Assembly (NCBI GenBank): GCA_041697335.1
Contig: JBGUGD010000025.1
Coordinates: 1-64,000, forward strand
DNA from: Vampirovibrionaceae bacterium NZW_1234
GTDB lineage: Bacteria; Cyanobacteriota; Vampirovibrionia; Vampirovibrionales; JAGQHJ01
DNA length: 64,000 nucleotides
Direction of reading: 5' to 3'
Below are positions 61,960 to 64,000 of this stretch, piece by piece. The translations under genes were made by a program, and so were the position numbers. Numbering within the stretch: position 1 is the stretch's first letter; every line of letters begins with the position of its first letter. The notes under the pieces were generated by a model. The model was not told the DNA's origin and ran no database searches. It worked only from the letters and a program-made list of their open reading frames with translations.

Positions 61960-62424
61960 ATGAACGCCATTCATGTGCATTTGCTACTCAATCATATCCC
62001 GGTCCTAGGGGCCGTGTTCGGGTTGTTCATCCTGCTGCTGGGGATGGGGATTAAAAATAAAACCCTGATCTATACGGCCTGGGGGGTCTTTCTCCTGGTG
62101 GCGGTTGTTTCTCTGCCGGTTTATTTCAGTGGCGAACAAGCCGAAGAACTGGCAGAACAACTCCCGGAGGTGGTTTATGCACACTTGGAAGCCCATGAAC
62201 ATTGGGGAACCTATGCCTTGCTGAGTGCCGATCTGCTGGGAGGATTGGCTCTGGTCTCGCTCATTGTGGATTTGAAGTGCAAGACCTGTGGTTGGTTACG
62301 TGTCCTGGTGGTCTTGATGGCCTTGGTGACCGCAGCCCTGATGGCCCAGACGGCCTATTCCGGAGGATTGATTCGGCACCCTGAAATTCATCGGAGTATT
62401 GGGACCGATATGAATCAGCTTTAG
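61960..62424 (+). CDS. Membrane protein (His-containing, DUF2231-like)
   Basis: HLLLNHIP, HE, GGLIRHPE; four TM segments. Confidence 0.75.
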   Translation: MNAIHVHLLLNHIPVLGAVFGLFILLLGMGIKNKTLIYTAWGVFLLVAVVSLPVYFSGEQAEELAEQLPEVVYAHLEAHEHWGTYALLSADLLGGLALVSLIVDLKCKTCGWLRVLVVLMALVTAALMAQTAYSGGLIRHPEIHRSIGTDMNQL

Positions 62425-62819
62425 GCCAGCTTGTCCAGTCTCGTGGCCGTTTGATCTGTAAAGCGCTTGTCGTCCGGCAGCTTGACCCAGATGACAGCAC
62501 CCTGAGGGTGATTATAGGGAACGGGGGTTTCTAAGGGCCTGGCATCTTCCAGGACCCAGGCGAAGGTTTTGGGGTAAGGCATTCCCTTCATCAGCTGGTC
62601 TTTGGGAATCCGATGCTTATCTATGTTTTTCAGCAGGTCATCCCGGGAGAGCGGGCCAAGGCAATTTGCTAGCCGGGCCATGCCGGAGACCTGGCCGGAT
62701 GTCGAGCGGATCAAGGCAATCGGACCGCGTTGACGGGTGTTTGAACCTCGGATTTCCCAGGTCTTTCGCCCTGCCAGAATTTCCTCGATCCACGGAGATT
62801 TTATCAATAAGCCATTCAT
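62421..62819 (-). CDS. ASCH-domain protein
   Basis: PWIEEILAGRKTWEIR, RGPIAL, FAWVL. Confidence 0.88.
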   Translation of the reverse strand: MNGLLIKSPWIEEILAGRKTWEIRGSNTRQRGPIALIRSTSGQVSGMARLANCLGPLSRDDLLKNIDKHRIPKDQLMKGMPYPKTFAWVLEDARPLETPVPYNHPQGAVIWVKLPDDKRFTDQTATRLDKLA

Positions 62820-63057
62820 GAGGGTGCCTCTCTACTCTGGGATGGTTTTAGGGGTCTGCCACGGTGCGGTTGACCAGGCATACAATGTATCACCCTCCAA
62901 CCCCCGGAACAAGTGTGTATGGCCCGTATCAAATCGACAGGGACTGTTTTTTAAAGACTGAATTTAATCTGAATTAAAGTTTGAATCCGAAATGTTTCCG
63001 TGGTTATCTGGTGTCATTCAAAAATCATCACAGTGTGCATCAGAAGGAGAATGTGCC

Positions 63058-63864
63058 ATGCGTCCCATTGGCGTTGATTTGGTTTCCCCCCGTTTTTCAG
63101 GTCCCCGTCGGTCTTTGGTTCAGGCCAGTGTCCTTGGTTTAGGTATTGCGCTAAACAGCAGCCCTGCGCAAGTTCGGGCAGAAGCCCCTGCGAATGCTCC
63201 CGTAGCGGCTATTGAAAAACGCGAGGGCGAGGCTCCCAAAGTCATTTTGGCCAAGGAAACCGTCATTGCCGGAAAGTCTTTTGATGATACGCTGGAGCAG
63301 CCGCTGTTTACCGTGGTCCGCCGTTATGAACGTCCTGCCGATGCCAATGGCCACCGCGAAGGCTATAACGTGCAGGTCACACTGCAACTGAAACGGCTGG
63401 AACTGCACAACACCCAGAACGAGTTTGATAACGCCGATGATTTCCAGGCGGCGGCGAAACCGGCCCTGACCAAGATTGTGGAACAACGGGGCCTGGTTCA
63501 GGAATTGGATAACGCCGTGCTGGCCTTGAACCAAACCCCGCCGAATCCCAATCAGGGCCCAGTCAAGATTGATCTTCAGGCGTTGCAGAAGCAACTGGGC
63601 GCCATTCCGGCAGTGAAGCAAAAAGCCAACCTGGGCGTGGTCAATGTCGGTAATCAGCAGTATCAGGTGGAAGTCCAAGGCGTGAGTATTCTTCACAAGC
63701 CCACCATTACAACGCCTGCCACTCCGAATCTGCCCATTGAACAGCAAATCCTGAATGCCGCCAAAACCCCGGGTGGCCTGGTGGGGTTGGGTGCCCTGGG
63801 CGGCTCGGCCCTGACGCTTTTCCTGCGTCGTCTGTTTCGCCGCAAGCCGACGGCTAACGCATAA
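63058..63864 (+). CDS. Exported protein with C-terminal membrane anchor/sorting signal
   Basis: PRFSGPRRSLV...AQVRA leader; C-terminal PGGLVGLGALGGSALTLFLRRLFRRK. Confidence 0.75.
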   Translation: MRPIGVDLVSPRFSGPRRSLVQASVLGLGIALNSSPAQVRAEAPANAPVAAIEKREGEAPKVILAKETVIAGKSFDDTLEQPLFTVVRRYERPADANGHREGYNVQVTLQLKRLELHNTQNEFDNADDFQAAAKPALTKIVEQRGLVQELDNAVLALNQTPPNPNQGPVKIDLQALQKQLGAIPAVKQKANLGVVNVGNQQYQVEVQGVSILHKPTITTPATPNLPIEQQILNAAKTPGGLVGLGALGGSALTLFLRRLFRRKPTANA

Positions 63865-63938
63865 CACTGACAGTCTTTGAATTAAAAGGCGGGCACACAC
63901 CATCTTGCGGATGGAAATGGGAGCCCGCATCCCCTAAT

Positions 63939-63973
63939 TTACACCCTCTCCCCTCATCAGGGAGAGGGTGTAA
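63939..63973. repeat. REP-like hairpin CCCTCTCCC/GGGAGAGGG
   Basis: TTACACCCTCTCCC-CTCATCA-GGGAGAGGGTGTAA, perfect 14-bp stem. Confidence 0.65.
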
Positions 63974-64000
63974 GCTTTTAAGGATGTCGCTTCGGTAAGA

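Overview
Bacterial chromosome segment. It starts in the 3' end of an rRNA operon (23S tail, 5S) and mixes housekeeping genes with many lineage-specific orphans. The housekeeping genes include hemL, PBP1A, a short leuA, a DapL-like aminotransferase, fbaB-gap-tpiA, dut, dtd, a DEDDh exonuclease, a thioredoxin/CcdA cluster, a CzcCBA-type RND pump and a lactate permease. The orphan style (N-terminal RFG leaders, GFTL pilin-like protein, EF-hand proteins) suggests Vampirovibrionia/Melainabacteria; this is inference, not a database result. Most notable: (1) a circularly permuted (p10-before-p20) caspase-family protease with a coiled-coil insert; (2) three 29-bp palindromes at exactly 99-bp period with compensatory changes, next to a divergent wHTH+RHH-like protein; (3) a shared N-terminal 'RF(G/S)' leader on about 8 unrelated proteins, a candidate export signal; (4) an exact TGTTTTTATA motif upstream of four orphan genes; (5) a sigma28-type promoter and terminator bracketing a ~375-nt pyrimidine-rich candidate sRNA; (6) a Pro/Cys-rich protein with three GDPH-type modules; (7) tRNA-Arg(UCG). 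All assignments are from reading motifs by eye.
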